A stretch of DNA of 64,000 nt from Trichoplax adhaerens. Lineage: Eukaryota > Animalia > Placozoa. The stretch lies in NCBI RefSeq assembly GCF_000150275.1, contig NW_002060980.1:68467-132466 (forward strand), written 5' to 3'. Position 1 is the stretch's first letter, and every line of letters starts with the position of its first letter. Shown here one piece after another: positions 1 through 13,980 of this stretch. A program made the position numbers and the translations under genes. The notes under the pieces are model-generated. The model did no database searches, was not told the DNA's origin, and saw only the letters and a list, made by a program, of their open reading frames with translations.

Positions 1-3000
1 TACGCACTATATATAATTCATATACATATTGTATTAACAGTATACAGACATACCCTCTAGTATGATGTACTTCAGTCAATCGTAAACTATTTGGACGCTT
101 AAAAAAGCGATTAGGATTATCTACGATTTATCTCTATCGTTGATATTAAGATTTTATATTATCTAGTCGCTGAAGCAGTCGATAAAATGCTGTATCATGA
201 ACATGTACCTAAACTGCTAGGGTTAGGAAATTTTCTTAACATTATACGGATCTTGTGATTTCAACTACAATTAATATTATTAATAAGGTACTACGGCATA
301 ATTAATCCAGATGTATCCCACTTTAATATCTAGTATTTATTCCTTACCCTCATGCAAAAGTACCCATCAAATAATGCTTCTCAATCTAATTACCTCATTG
401 TAAAGTACAGTTGGTCCACTTGCATGAAAAATTATTTATCGAGACGCATATTTTTGATTGAAACTTTTTTTTCTCCTTTGATTGTTTGATTTTATCTATT
501 CTAAGCATGTACTCTTGTCACCTGTACCTACCAAGAATATATTACAGGAATGATTGATCGATTCTACTTTGAACAATTTTGATACTTCTCTATGCAGAGG
601 ATATTTTTGGGGGGCATGTCTTTTTGTCAACAAAAATGGTAAAGTAACTTACTAACTATTGCATCTTATAACAATATTTTATTTGGATAGGAGGCCTATA
701 TTAATTCAAAGTTAATGTATCGATCGATTTGATGCTACTAGTGATTTTTTTTCAAACATGTTAGTCGCCCAACTGACAAATTATATAGGATAATTGCGTC
801 CAATAGATCTATATTTGTATCGCGTATCGCACGCTTGATGTATGTGATATAGAGATAGCTATACATGCATATTCGTATATACAGTATAGTATTTTTTTGT
901 TTTTTTAAAATATGTTGAACTCTATTCATGGCATCTTACGAAAAATTGTTCGCTGTGTTGATTGAAAATGTATCATCCTCAACTAAGTTGAACAGTGCTA
1001 CACGAAATTTATGTCATACATAAGATAGAAATTGATAGATGTCAATGCACTGAGCGCCATGCTTATGCGTGATTGCATCGTCATCCCGTACATCATCATT
1101 AGTATGGAAAATAGTGCAAGTATCACTCTTAATAGAGATCTCTATTTCGCTAATCATTGTTCTTTGTACGCTTTATTCTGAACAATCGCATTTGTTTTCT
1201 ATGTTTTCACTGGTAAAATCATGTGAGGTAACAAAGTTATTTATTTACCTGTCAAGACCAATTTATTAATATTTAAAAAGTAATCGGAGAATAACTTGAA
1301 GAATAATTTGCTTAGACAATTACTTTGTTTGCTTTTATATTATCAAATTAATAACAATCAGCACAAAGAGATAAAAAAAAATGGAGAACTCCTTAATATC
1401 GTAACAAGAACACCATCAATGCAAGACTACTGTACTATTATTTTGGATCTTCATCGACCAAGGAACATGCTTTTATTATATAATACACAAGATTGCATAA
1501 AGCACCGACATATCGAACGTGCATCTTGATTTAATTTATCCAACATGACATGAATGACGAAGAAGCATCATTTATCAATAACGTTCTTTAGGCACTTTAT
1601 ACTTTTATCAAGTCTTCACAATTTTTTCTATGTTATTACGGTAACTATTTTGTTTTTTATTAAGTATCTATGCAACACATAATATTAAATGTTGTCAATG
1701 TAAGTTATAATTATTTTTTTTTCGTATTATCTTATAGCTACAATAATTCTTGATGCTAATGACTTAAAAGAAAGAATCAGTAATATATAGATCATTCCAA
1801 TAGCATGCTATTATAAATTGAAAGAATCAGCTTATAGAATAATCATAAGTTGATTTACTTCTATCGTATCTGATTCATGGAAATCACTATTTTGATTATG
1901 ATGTTATTGGTATTGTACGTCTAATATTAGAATGATTTTTCTTGGCTAAAAGATGTTTATAAATTAATATTTGTACCGTCATGTATGAAATTTGATATTT
2001 TAAATTAAATTAGGCATATCTAGTAGATTTTGAACTCCTATTCAAAAAATGTCATTATTTGTCCGTAGATGATGACTATTTGTGATTCTTAATTTATACA
2101 AACGATGGTAGTATTCGACTTGTAAAGTTTGTACTCAACATGCGTAGATAGTTTAGTACGCTAGTGACATAGGCTAACAACAATTATTTCTCACTTTCAT
2201 CTTAAATACTTTGCTCGTATAATGTGACAGATATTATCAAATTATAAAGGCTTCAATTTGAACGTATTAGGCAGCATATATTAAAAACTTTTCGTCAACA
2301 GGTTTTCGAAAAATGTCCTAAGTGATAACATTTATTTTTTTCACTTGCTTAATAATGCATAAAAAAGATCTATGAAGTAATTTATATACTTTGTGTTATA
2401 AAGATTCTCTAATACAATTTAACGATTTATATAACTGTCCTATTATGTTGTAGCTGTGCAAATTTACGTAATTAATGTCTCCATTACTATTACAAGTTAA
2501 GTTACATATTCTATATTTCCTGTACTATTAGCGTGTTAACTGTGCCGCCGATAACAGCTTTATGTCTTATTTATGTTTTTGCTATAAATTATTTGTAATT
2601 TATGTCTTATTAGAGGAGAGAATCAGTATGATATAGTTCATACTATGTGTTCGTACCTACGCCTTATAGAGAGTTATTTATCGACAAAATTTTAACCCGT
2701 AATAATAATTCTTATTGTACGTCCATGCAGCTGTTAATATTTTTGACCTCGCTATATTATATACTGTAGTAATGTTGTTATCCTTGACATGTTTTTAAAA
2801 ATTACGCTATTTTCCTACTTTATGAGTAAAAATATACCGTTGGTTACACTTTTACTACATGTTCTCTAATATAATTGATAGTAAATGATGATACTACTAT
2901 GATATTGCATAGATCTTAAATGTGAAATGTTTAAAAAGTATTGATAATAATTAAGTAATAATAATTAATCTGAAATTTTTTCTCGGATAACTGTAGTCGA

Positions 3001-5547
3001 AAAAATAGCTTGCGCAGTATCTGCATGACTACTTTATTAATGCAATTGTAATGCTTAACTAAAATCTCTAATTCTGTAATTAACGATTGCCTAATCAAAT
3101 AAATAAACAGATGCTTTTGTCAGCCAATAATAATTTAGTACTTTTGCATATCCGCATGTTTCAAGTTTTACAAGGTATTTATTTCAAATGACTTTCAACA
3201 TCCTTCGTGGAAAAGTATTTTTCATCTTTTTCTCCTATTTCATTATCTGAGCAGTAATGTGATAAAGCGGACGATAATTTAACACCTTCTAAATATCGAT
3301 CGTTCCTGTTGAATAATTTTATTTCTCCTACGTCTTAATTAATAAACCTTGACATAATACGCGTATTATAATGCACGGAACTTCAATAAACTTTTAGAAT
3401 GCACTCCTATTAGCGTAACTCTTAAACTACTGTATATCTTAAGATTCATACAATTTCCTCTGATCAAAGAATTGCCAACAAAAAGGGTTCGACTATTGAT
3501 GTCGTGGTAGTTATCTAGGACCAGCCGTACTACTCCTAATTGACGATTTCTAATAATGCTTGTTTGATGACTGTTAAATTATATGCAAGTCCAGTTTACT
3601 TTTTAAGCCCTATCTTGCCAATAATAATTAATAAAATAGCTGGAAATGCTTCTTTTAACGAGTTTACTCGTCACTTATTTAACTCTCTTTAATTATTAAT
3701 ATACTAAGCTTTCCTAGATTTATACTTCACCATAACGTTTCATCTCATTTTAAGAAATTCGTGATTCTAAATTTAAATAGAAATACGACGTAACGCATAC
3801 TAATTGACGCCTAACATTTTAACAAACTGTTTATAAAATTGTAGTTATGATTCGGGCTAATTTCGATGAAGAGTGTATGCAAGTAATTTATAACTTTTGA
3901 CTAGAATAAAAAATTTGAAAATTTCGCTTTTTCTATGTTCAACTTTTAGTTAAAGTAGCTTACTAATCTGCTGGATAAAATAAAAGTATACACGTAATAG
4001 ATTGCTTGACACTGGCAAAGAGGTTAATTAGTCTTGTCCGTCTCTGAACCGAGTAAAAATCAGACTGATTAATTCAATTTGCATCTCCATTAAAAAATTC
4101 GATACGGCGTTGCTTGTATTGGCTACATACCGTTCAAGTTCTATTTACTTAAGCATTTATTATGACATTTATTATCTATTTTTAGCAACAGTAATGACGT
4201 TTGATGAATATGCCTACTGATCCTACGGTAAGCGATGCTAAAGTAAATAGATTTTTTCTATACTTGAAGGCAAATGATTAATTAAATTGAGAAGTGTATT
4301 AAATAAATAATATCCTTTAGCACAAAAGTAAGTACTGTCCATGTGTACATAGATACGCAATGGACGTATCGTCGTCACAACATATCTTTAACTTGGAGCT
4401 TAGATAATTTGATAGTATGATAAAATGGTAAATTTGGCATGAGATTCAAATGACTTGCTTATTATTTTTGACATAACATCAACTCTATCGCCCCCAAGGT
4501 GGGATACAATGCACCGCAGGAATGTCAATTTATTTCTTTTATTTGAAATTATCAGATGAATCAACTATAGGATGAAAAGTTCACCAACTTGGATATAGGG
4601 TAGTGTAATACTCGAGCAAATTATCATGTTAACGCCTTTCAAATTTATACTCAACACGAAACTATAGGCTAATCAAGTAGCGGATCATCACAAATTAATC
4701 AATTGTTATCAATGCTAGAATGTTATATTATCGTCAAGAAGGAACCATAACAATAGATATGCTAATGCTACCTCCTGTTATTATCTTATCTAAGTTACAT
4801 TATAGTCATAGTAACATCGTAACAGTAAGTATTGTTCAATCAAGAATGTGATAGATAATAAAATAGATTGGCAGCTTAATAATGAAGTACTGCAACACCC
4901 ATGACTTGCATAATCTACAATACTAGGTGAACATGCGAACAGTATTTTGTATCGGACTAAAAGAAGGATAGCTTGTTGTATTACTACTATATTAGATTAC
5001 TTTGCACTATATCATATCTATCTCATTTTACTAGCATATACTGATTATTATATCGACATTATTATTAAGTTTTGTTGTAAAACGTACATTCCGTTACAAA
5101 GGTGAGAGAATACAATAATATAACACTAAATGGATAATAGATAATTCTATCATCATTAAAGCGATCAATGATCACAATGGAATAGTACTTCAATCTCAGA
5201 GTTGTGTAGCTATTTATTATTGATTATCCAATATAGCCCACGGGTAGCGCTATATATGTAGATTTTACTAATTTTTTTACCTCAATCCGATGTTATCAAT
5301 TCCTTTTTTTAAAATACAATGAGTAACATCCGAAATGCATCGTGCAAGTCAGATTAATAATAATAATATGTACTATTATTAATTGGAATCAATACTGTAT
5401 AATATACAGCGTATAGTCATAATAAATTTTAACAATTAGCTATAAATCAAATGCAACAGTTAAGGACAAAACAATTAATATATAATGTGATTGCTAGCAA
5501 TAGTTATGTATAAAATTAATTGCTAAATTCGTATATTGTAATCTAAC

Positions 5548-5862
5548 CTTAAAATGCACACTAATATTATCACTGATCATTTTGAAAACATTTCTTAAGA
5601 ACATAAAACCAATAAAGAAAGCAAACATAAAGATACATACTCCATTCTGTATATAAAATAAAAGTGAGGATAAAATCGCAATTTGGTACGTTAATATTTC
5701 TGGAAGAAAAGAATCGAACTTACTCTGAATATAGTTATTTTCGGTTAAATCCCGACAATAAATCTTGTTTACGCTTTTAAAAGAAGTATAAATAGTCAGA
5801 GTAATAAGATAGAGCAATATAACATTGCAAATAGAGTAGCTATAAACTATCTTGATTTTATT
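5548..5862 (-). CDS. Candidate internal exon of an unidentified multi-pass membrane protein
   Basis: 315-nt open phase-0 exon between ttacag| and AAG|gttaga. It encodes two hydrophobic stretches, YSICNVILLYLITLTIY and IAILSSLLFYIQNGVCIFMFAFFIGFMFL. Confidence 0.35.
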
Positions 5863-8800
5863 CTGTAATACTGTATTATATTATTTCGATCATAATAAAG
5901 TTAGTATTACTTTATCTAATCAAAGGTGATAATTTATGGCGGCAAAGAATAGTGACTTATCTTATTATATACCGTATTATAGAGCATTGGACTCATTATA
6001 CTAATATTAATATCATTTTTATGTAGTTATTAGGGCGTATTCCTTACGAAATTCTTTTGCTAATCAGATAAACAATCTAACAGTATCAAACAATATGAAG
6101 GGCATTAATGTTGAATAAGTTATCATTAACACTGTTGCAAAGGTCACGAACAAATTTTAATAGTCTCAATCGTTAAGGCTAATTTTATCCACTGCCAATA
6201 AAAGATATAATTGAAAATATGTTGCTAATATTGTAATAAGAATGGATAAAGTTCCTTAAATTATAGAAATAATACGTAGTTCAACAATAAAATATTATTC
6301 CAAATATAACGATGGCGTTTGGTATCTCTAAATAGTTCTATGATGAATTTCTATTGCAGAGGTTGAGCATGATAGAACTAGTGTTTGTAAATTATTAGGG
6401 TTCCTTGTAATCTATTTAATTACTAAAAATAGGCTAGTTACTGCATAAATTGCATATGGTAATCACTGAAATTAAATGAACGTTATACAGGTATCCAAAC
6501 AAGACCCAAAAGAGTCAATTTTCTATTTCATTATTAATTAACAACGTTCTAATATACATTATATTACAAAATAGGAGAGATTTTAAACATAATGCCATGA
6601 TATACTGAAATTGCATCGAAATTTTACATTTTTTAAAGATACTAGCCTCATTTGCGAACTTACTATGAACTTTGTCACAAGTCGCTATGATTATGGGATA
6701 CGAAGGAGAACTGTGATTATCGTCACGCATGACGTATGATTAATAATATTTATTACATACAAATAATCTAAAGTAAACTATAATCTTATATTAGTATAGA
6801 ACTTAGACGCAGTAGGGACTTTTATCGTTTCATATGAGTAATACATTTAAAAAAATCATAAATACTTATAACTCGATTATAACATTTGCATGATACTAAG
6901 GTTTGTTAAAATTGGATAATTTAATATTTAAGGCTTAATTTAATATATTTACGATTTAAAACAAGTTAGCTATATTAACAGTCCCTACAATAGGGATTGT
7001 ACTACTATATTCATATATTATGTACGTATATTATGGTGTATAAACAGTATTTGCAAGCATATGAACAGTTTGTAAGATGGTTACTGTCTGCAGTCTTACT
7101 ATTTATATCGATTCGAATTAAACATTTATGTCATTATATAGAAACCATAGGTTCAATTGGTATTTAATCTTAAAATTGTAGCTATAGGTTTAAAGAGTAA
7201 ATCAACTAAATGTAAGATGATGAAGGTACATAGTATGTATCGCACTCGCTGGCTACAGTATATAATTGCAATTAGTAAATCTTACTGCTTAAGCGTGCTC
7301 TCTTTGGTATATAACAGCTTACGTAATGTAACACCTAATTCAATTTAGAATGGTAGCAATATCAAGTTACTCAGACTTTTAGGGACTTTTATTAATTTGC
7401 TCTTATATCCTATTTATACTACTATTTAACAGTTTTATGATCTCTAAGACATTTAGTAATCATTATTATTATTGGGCTAGTAATGAAAAGCCTGCACACC
7501 TTATTATCCATGTTTTAAATTGAAATATACAATATTTGATCCAATGATAAATTTTTCTTCATTTTTTCGAAAGAGTATGGTTGTAATTGTAATAAATCAC
7601 TCAATTTTTGATTTTATTCAAACATAAACTGATCTCACGCCTAATTACAGTATACTTGCCAATAGGTAGTGTTATATATCCCTCTATAGATCTGTATCTA
7701 CGGTATAGTAACAATTTTAATGGAATTAGTGGTGGAGACTCACGAACACTGTTCGTGATTTGAGGCGCAATATACAGGACAATATGGCAAATTAAATTAT
7801 AGTAAACTGTACCGTGTACTGTATAATGTAATATAGTATGGACATTCGATTTTCATAAGCGTACAAACATAACTGAGTGAATTTATAATAATATTTGGTA
7901 TAGCGTATTTATAAGTATTGTATTTATAACATGCAGTGAAAATGTGGAACTATGCCGTATAATACAGTACAGTGCCGTTGGTATATTCGACTTACGTAAA
8001 AGTGTATAAACTTTACTTATATGTTGAACATAACTGAGCGAATTTATGATTAATCTTTAATATACTGTACAGTATTTATTATATAATTATTATTATATTT
8101 ATATATATAACATGGAATAGCAATGCGGCATGGCCGAAACTGTATGCATGCAGCCGCGTTGAAAGTTTTTAAATATGCGTACGGGATAAAGTATGGATAT
8201 AGATTATTATTATAGCTCACGAAGGCATGGATACTTGGATAGGCATGGTCGCATGGACTACTAAAAGCAGACCATGACAGATACTGAGCACAGATATGGT
8301 TTTCATTGAAAAGTATACAGACACACGGACACGCGGGTGATACATACTATACAAGTATTACTTGTTTAATAATGGCTCAACATGAAGAATAAAGCTACAC
8401 AGTATCGTAGATATCATTGATGTAGGTATTTTTTTGTCTAGTGACCTTGATAAATATCTGGTAGTACCTGATGTTAAAGCCTCCATCAAGCATCTAAAAA
8501 TTCTGATCCACTCACTACTTTAGAGTTTAAGATACTTGTGATATGTATATTAATACCCTGCTTACAGTACAGTATAGTACAGTATAAATTACAAGTTTGG
8601 GGAGTTACTAGAGATTTATCCTATGTAACTGCATTAAAACTCGTCAATCATTAATCTGCCATAATGTACTAGAGTGTGCTATGCAAACGTATCTTATTTC
8701 TTTCATTGAAAGTAAAACATCTTTTGTATATGAGAATATAGTGTATTTACGGCTACACATTCCATATTTACCGTATTACATCGAGAGATGTTTATTACGG

Positions 8801-9324
8801 AAATTTTTATGTAATTCTCACAAACATAATAACTTTGATCAATTTAATAGCATGGAGCGTTTTCAATTCTATATAGCAATATTAAATAGTTGTGTTACTA
8901 GGAAATCTTTATGTGTTAATGGAGATTACGCTGATTACGCTTTATGTATTTCGAACTCTATACCTGCCATCTTGCTATCGAACGTACAGTTAATAGGAAC
9001 AGTGAAACTTTAAATTTGAGTCAGTTAGATATATGGCGGGAATATATAACACAATTTATTAATCATAATGCGCAGCTATGTGTGTGAGTCGGATAGTATG
9101 GGAAAAATAGAAATGTGAAAATCGTAAACTATTAAAGCAAAATTAGTTTGTTAATTACCTAGTTAAAACCATGAGACTCTATTTCAACGTATAGGTACTT
9201 TCATCGAAGCATACACGATAGTTATATCATAATAATACGACAATGCTTAACAAGAATACAATACTCAATAAGATTTTATGCCCAGGCACAATTCCACAGT
9301 GTACACTACTTAGTTGCAAACAAT

Positions 9325-9677
9325 AACTGCATAATCGCACGTTATGATGAATAATGGTGGCAACACTATCGCAATATGAATCCGGTAGCTATTACATCTG
9401 TTATAGTTGATGTCTTGACCAAGGAAGCGTCATTTTCGCTAAGTTAATATACCAATATTCGTCATACATCCAGTAGCATAATTACTGATATTCTTTTGCA
9501 ACTGCATAGTCGCACGTTATGATGAATAATGGTGGCAACACTATCGCAATATGAACCCGGTAACTATTACATCTTTTATAGTTGATGTCTTGACCAAGGA
9601 AGCGTCATTTTCGCTAAGTTAATATACCAATATTCGTCATACATCCAGTAGCATAATTACTGATATTCTTTTGCAAC
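9325..9677. repeat. Tandem duplication, 2 x 175 bp, spanning the ACADSB stop codon and 3' UTR
   Basis: AACTGCATA(A/G)TCGCACG...TTTTGCAAC starts at 9325 and at 9500, with only a few substitutions. Confidence 0.95.
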
Positions 9678-12600
9678 GCGACCCGCAATAGTATTTAACA
9701 TTACATTACTGGCACCTTCGTAGATTGTTCCTAGGTGATTTCAAACGAATAAAAATTGTATATTTATTTATGATAAAAGGAACAAATAGTGGTGTTACCT
9801 ACTCGCTTCTAATCGAATAGGGGCTTAAATAAATATTTCTATACTATCGTAACGGTAAACTAGTTATAATGAATCAACCTGGGATGATATCTCTTAAGAA
9901 TTTCTCGATAGGAAAGTCTTTCATATATCCCAATGCACCCATCCATTTAATACCTTTTAGACCTATCTGACAAGCCATCTGAAAATTGCCATTTACTAGC
10001 ATTAGACGAGCAAAAAATATTGAAATACTTTGGTAATTTGTTTGTCTTTTACAAACGGATACTATTTCGACTAACCTCAGTAGAATAATATTTAGCCATA
10101 GCAGCTTCTTTTACGTAAGGCATATTACACTCGTGTAATCTAGCTGCGTTATAAGCTAGCAAACGAGCAGCTTCTACTTGGACAGTTGCTTCGGCTATCT
10201 GATGCTGCATTGCCTGTTTAGTACAATAAATCATATCAGCTACAGCGACAATAAGAGTATACCATAGAATATAGTTATGCAATTGAAATTATACCGAAGC
10301 TATCTATAATAAAATAATATGAAGGCATCGCATTGGTAAAAGTGTACTATGTGGTACCTGGAAATCAAATAGCCGTTTGCCAAATTGTTTTCTTTCCATT
10401 GTGTATGGAATTACATGATCAAGAATGCCTTGAGCAGCACCCACCATCTAAATAAGACATATTGACAATAAGATGCCGTTTATTGAGCTTGCTAGATGAT
10501 ACTACGAACACTTTGACGATTACAAGATATTAATTTACTTTCCTCTGTGTGTGATAGTAATCGTTACTAAGGATCAAGATCAAAATAAATACTTTGCATA
10601 ATTTAAGAATATTTACTTGAGCTGCAACTCCAATTCTTCCTTCATTTAAGGTGGATGCAATTATCTTATATCCTGAACCGATCTCTCCCACGATATTGCT
10701 AGCAGGAACCTATTTACATTCAAGAAACATAATTACTTTAGTATATTTAAGCATTTAATTTCTATACAGATAGCACTATATGTAAACAATAAATCTCGAA
10801 AAGAAATAATGTCATTATTTTTATACTCTTAGATATATCATTTTACTTGCTATCCTACCTTAACGTTTTCGAATGTTACGGGACAATTTGAAACGGCGTG
10901 TTGACCAAGCTTAAAAAATCAACAAAAAATTCAAGTTTAAAGTATTGAAATTTTGATAATTTTTTAAAGTTACGGCTTATAATAAACTCTATACTGTTTA
11001 GATCTATATCACTAAATAAATAAAATGGAATAAAATAAATACTTGTATTCAGCTGTATGTCATGGTCTTATATACCTTCTCTTCTCTTCTAGGAACACTA
11101 ACACCAGGAGTATCTGCATCGACAATGAAGCAAGTGATCCCTTTATAGCCCTAGTAAGAATTGCCATGCAAAGTGTTAAGTAATAACCTTAGGAATACAG
11201 TATACTCATACAATAAAATTTACCTCTTCCGGTGCAGCGTTAGCCATAACTAAGAATGCGCCCGCCATATGAGCACTGGTGATCCACAGTTTATTTCCAT
11301 TGATAATATAGTGATCTCCACTACGCAAAGCTGTGGTTTTCATTGCAAAAGCGTCACTACCAGATCCTTCTTCAGATAGGCAAAAGCTACCAAACTGAAA
11401 AGTAACGCATTCGTATTCAGATTTTATCGTATGACATTACTGACATTGATATTGCGAAATGAGCTAATAAAAATGAAAAGACTTAGCTTTACCATAATTA
11501 AGTCACCATTATAATAAAATCAAAATATGAAGTAATACGGTCTAACTCGTATATCAAATCACAGTAACCATTTTGTGTATTATATCGTATTAGAAGTAGT
11601 ACGAGTATATAGCTACGTGCATCTTGTATTTTATTACCAGACATATTCGATGTACAGTACAATCATAGACAACATGAAAAGGTCTTTTCTAGTAGTCCAT
11701 AGTAAAACACAAATAATGTACACACGGGATTATTGAAGTGCCATTGTCGTGTATCTGTTTAAGCAATTACTCTTGTTGTCCATGGTTGGCAAACATGCTA
11801 TTACGCTGATGTAGCGATTGTATACAGTATACGTATATCCATATGTTGATTAAGAAGAGTAGTTCTACTCAATAAGTTGTAACGAAAAATCAAGTTGAAT
11901 CAAACAGCTGTCATTGTTTTGAACGTTCATTTGTTGAAAACTTGGGATGTGACATTTAAAAGTATCAAAATAGTAGCGACAGAAATTTGTACGACACTGT
12001 AAATCAGTTCTGAATGTCTGTATCAAGTGATTGGAACTAACCATAGAATTTGCGAATTTGGACAGATACTTCTTTTTTTGTTCTTCACTACCATAATCAA
12101 GTACGACGCCAGCAATTAATGTATTCTGTAGATCAACCGCAGCACCCAGAGCGGGGTCCGTTTTGGAAATCTCCTCGATGACCACGACAGCAGAAAAAAA
12201 ATCCGCTCCTGGACCGTCATACTGGGTAGGAACTCGAATCCCTAGCCACTAAAAAGGTAAAACAACAGTGGGGTGACTTTACCGATGCAAAAAATACTGT
12301 CAATAAAATTAGAATTTTTTATTTTTCGAGGTGTTTGCGATTGATATGAAATCTGATATTGGACCATTTTATGCCTTTGATGAAAATTAAGTCAATCAGC
12401 TAACCCCTTGATCGAATAATTGTTTGACAATGTCTGGTGGAAAATCTCTAGCCTCTTCAAATTCTCTTGTTCTTGGTTCAAGTTGTTCTTTTCGAAATTT
12501 GCGAACTGTATTAGAATGGAAAGAATACATATTCGGTCATTGATATATCATCCATCAATAGCTGACGGTCAATACACAGTAAGTATGAAGGTTTTTGCTA

Positions 12601-13295
12601 GCTATAGCAGTAATTGATATCTCACTTTAATCCAGTTTCCATCGTTTGATGGCATTGTAACTGTTATTGCTTACGATGCTGACACAATGTAAACTAGTTG
12701 ATGTTATAACAGCGTTGGTCTACTTCTACAGGATGATTGCAGTCGTTTACGGGTATACAAACAAAATGGAGGTTAATCCGTTAAGTAAATTATCTTGACA
12801 AAATTGAGTGATATTGATCTATAACATTATCTATCATGGATTAGTAAGGTCGGAATCTATGGCAGTCGGACTACTTTGTAACTTTCGGATGCAAAATGTT
12901 TGAGAAATATATTGTTGAATTAATACAAGCAGTTTTGTAATGGATCCCTGATATACGCGTATATGACACGTCTACAAAATCATGGTGTACAATACTCTAT
13001 GCATTGACGCCTTCTATTCTTCAACTCATAGCAATCTACAACCATAAGATCAGAATAGAATTGGATCAGATCAGCTACTGCAGTTAGCCTTGCAATAAAG
13101 GTTCAAGAGGAGCCAATGAATGCTTGGAAAGGCCGACTTACCAGCATCTTGCAACATTTGTTCATCTTCAGACAGATCAGTCAACGGTTTCGAGGTGCAG
13201 AATCGCTTGTTTCGGCCAGCAAGGACACCGGCCGTTAGTAATCGACTCTTGTGCGATAGATCGGTCACCAAACGCCGACACGATTGCATCATCAT
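9657..13295 (-). CDS. ACADSB: Short/branched-chain acyl-CoA dehydrogenase, mitochondrial (multi-exon)
   Basis: Exons spliced by eye at GT-AG sites. Exon 13142-13295 has an Arg/Ser/Leu-rich targeting-like N-terminus followed by [15 protein letters not shown]. Exon 12405-12505 ends LFDQG. Exon 12042-12248 reads [22 protein letters not shown]. Exon ~11224-11394 reads [20 protein letters not shown]...[10 protein letters not shown]. Later exons give [13 protein letters not shown]...KEAAMAKYY. The last exon (9657-9730) reads [24 protein letters not shown], with the IYEG catalytic Glu retained. Confidence 0.9.
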
Positions 13296-13980
13296 GTTAG
13301 CTTAGCAATCAATGATCTTGTAGCTAAGGAGTATAACAATATCCACAGCGTTCTGAACTCGAATCGGGTAAGCAAGATTCGTCGCAAGATTCAAATATGG
13401 CCAGAAACTGTAGCTGTCCCTGGAGTTGGAACGTTTGGTGGTGTTTACCTGGACAGCTGGACTTATAGTATATCACTGACCTGGGCTTGACCTGGACAGT
13501 GGACAGCTGGACTTACAGTATTTCAACGACCTGGACTTGATCTGGACAGTGGACAGCTGGACTTGTACCGGACTGCATTCTCGACCTGGATACGGACAGC
13601 TGGACTCGTAGTACAGTACAGTACTGGGTAAGCGCGTACTGTGTCAATTGGAATACGCAACCGAGGCTCGCTTTGCAGATGTTACAGTAACAGTATGGTA
13701 CAGAATAGCACAGGCTAGTAAACACCGTTATAGCGTGCAATTTACGATGCAGTACTGGCGAGCTCGAGCTGAGCAATTGCAGACTAGCTTGTAAATCAGA
13801 TGTTGTCTTTATGGATCATCGATCAATCTAGTCATTGGGATAAAGGAAGCCATCGTATAAAACTCTTTTCATGCTTTGATGGTGGATGCTAGGGTAGACG
13901 AGAAGTTCATGTGGTAACAGTGTGGTGTTGATGCGTACGTTAACTTAGACGATACTCTACTGTTTACCTCGTTCGTCATC
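13296..13980. promoter_or_regulatory. Bidirectional promoter region ACADSB/RAD51B
   Basis: Divergent start codons ~685 bp apart. The region is locally higher in GC and carries a GGACAGCTGGAC repeat and TACAGTA/TACTGTA clusters. Confidence 0.75.
13448..13606. repeat. 50-bp-period minisatellite carrying four GGACAGCTGGAC (CAGCTG E-box) motifs
   Basis: GGACAGCTGG at 13451, 13501, 13551 and 13594, with CTGGAC sub-repeats. Confidence 0.85.

Noticed and set aside
160-1530. Exon-like fragments on the + strand (Cys-rich and hydrophobic pieces with GT/AG ends)
   Set aside because: I could not assemble a consistent reading frame or recognise a family. It may be the decayed tail of a gene starting outside the window.
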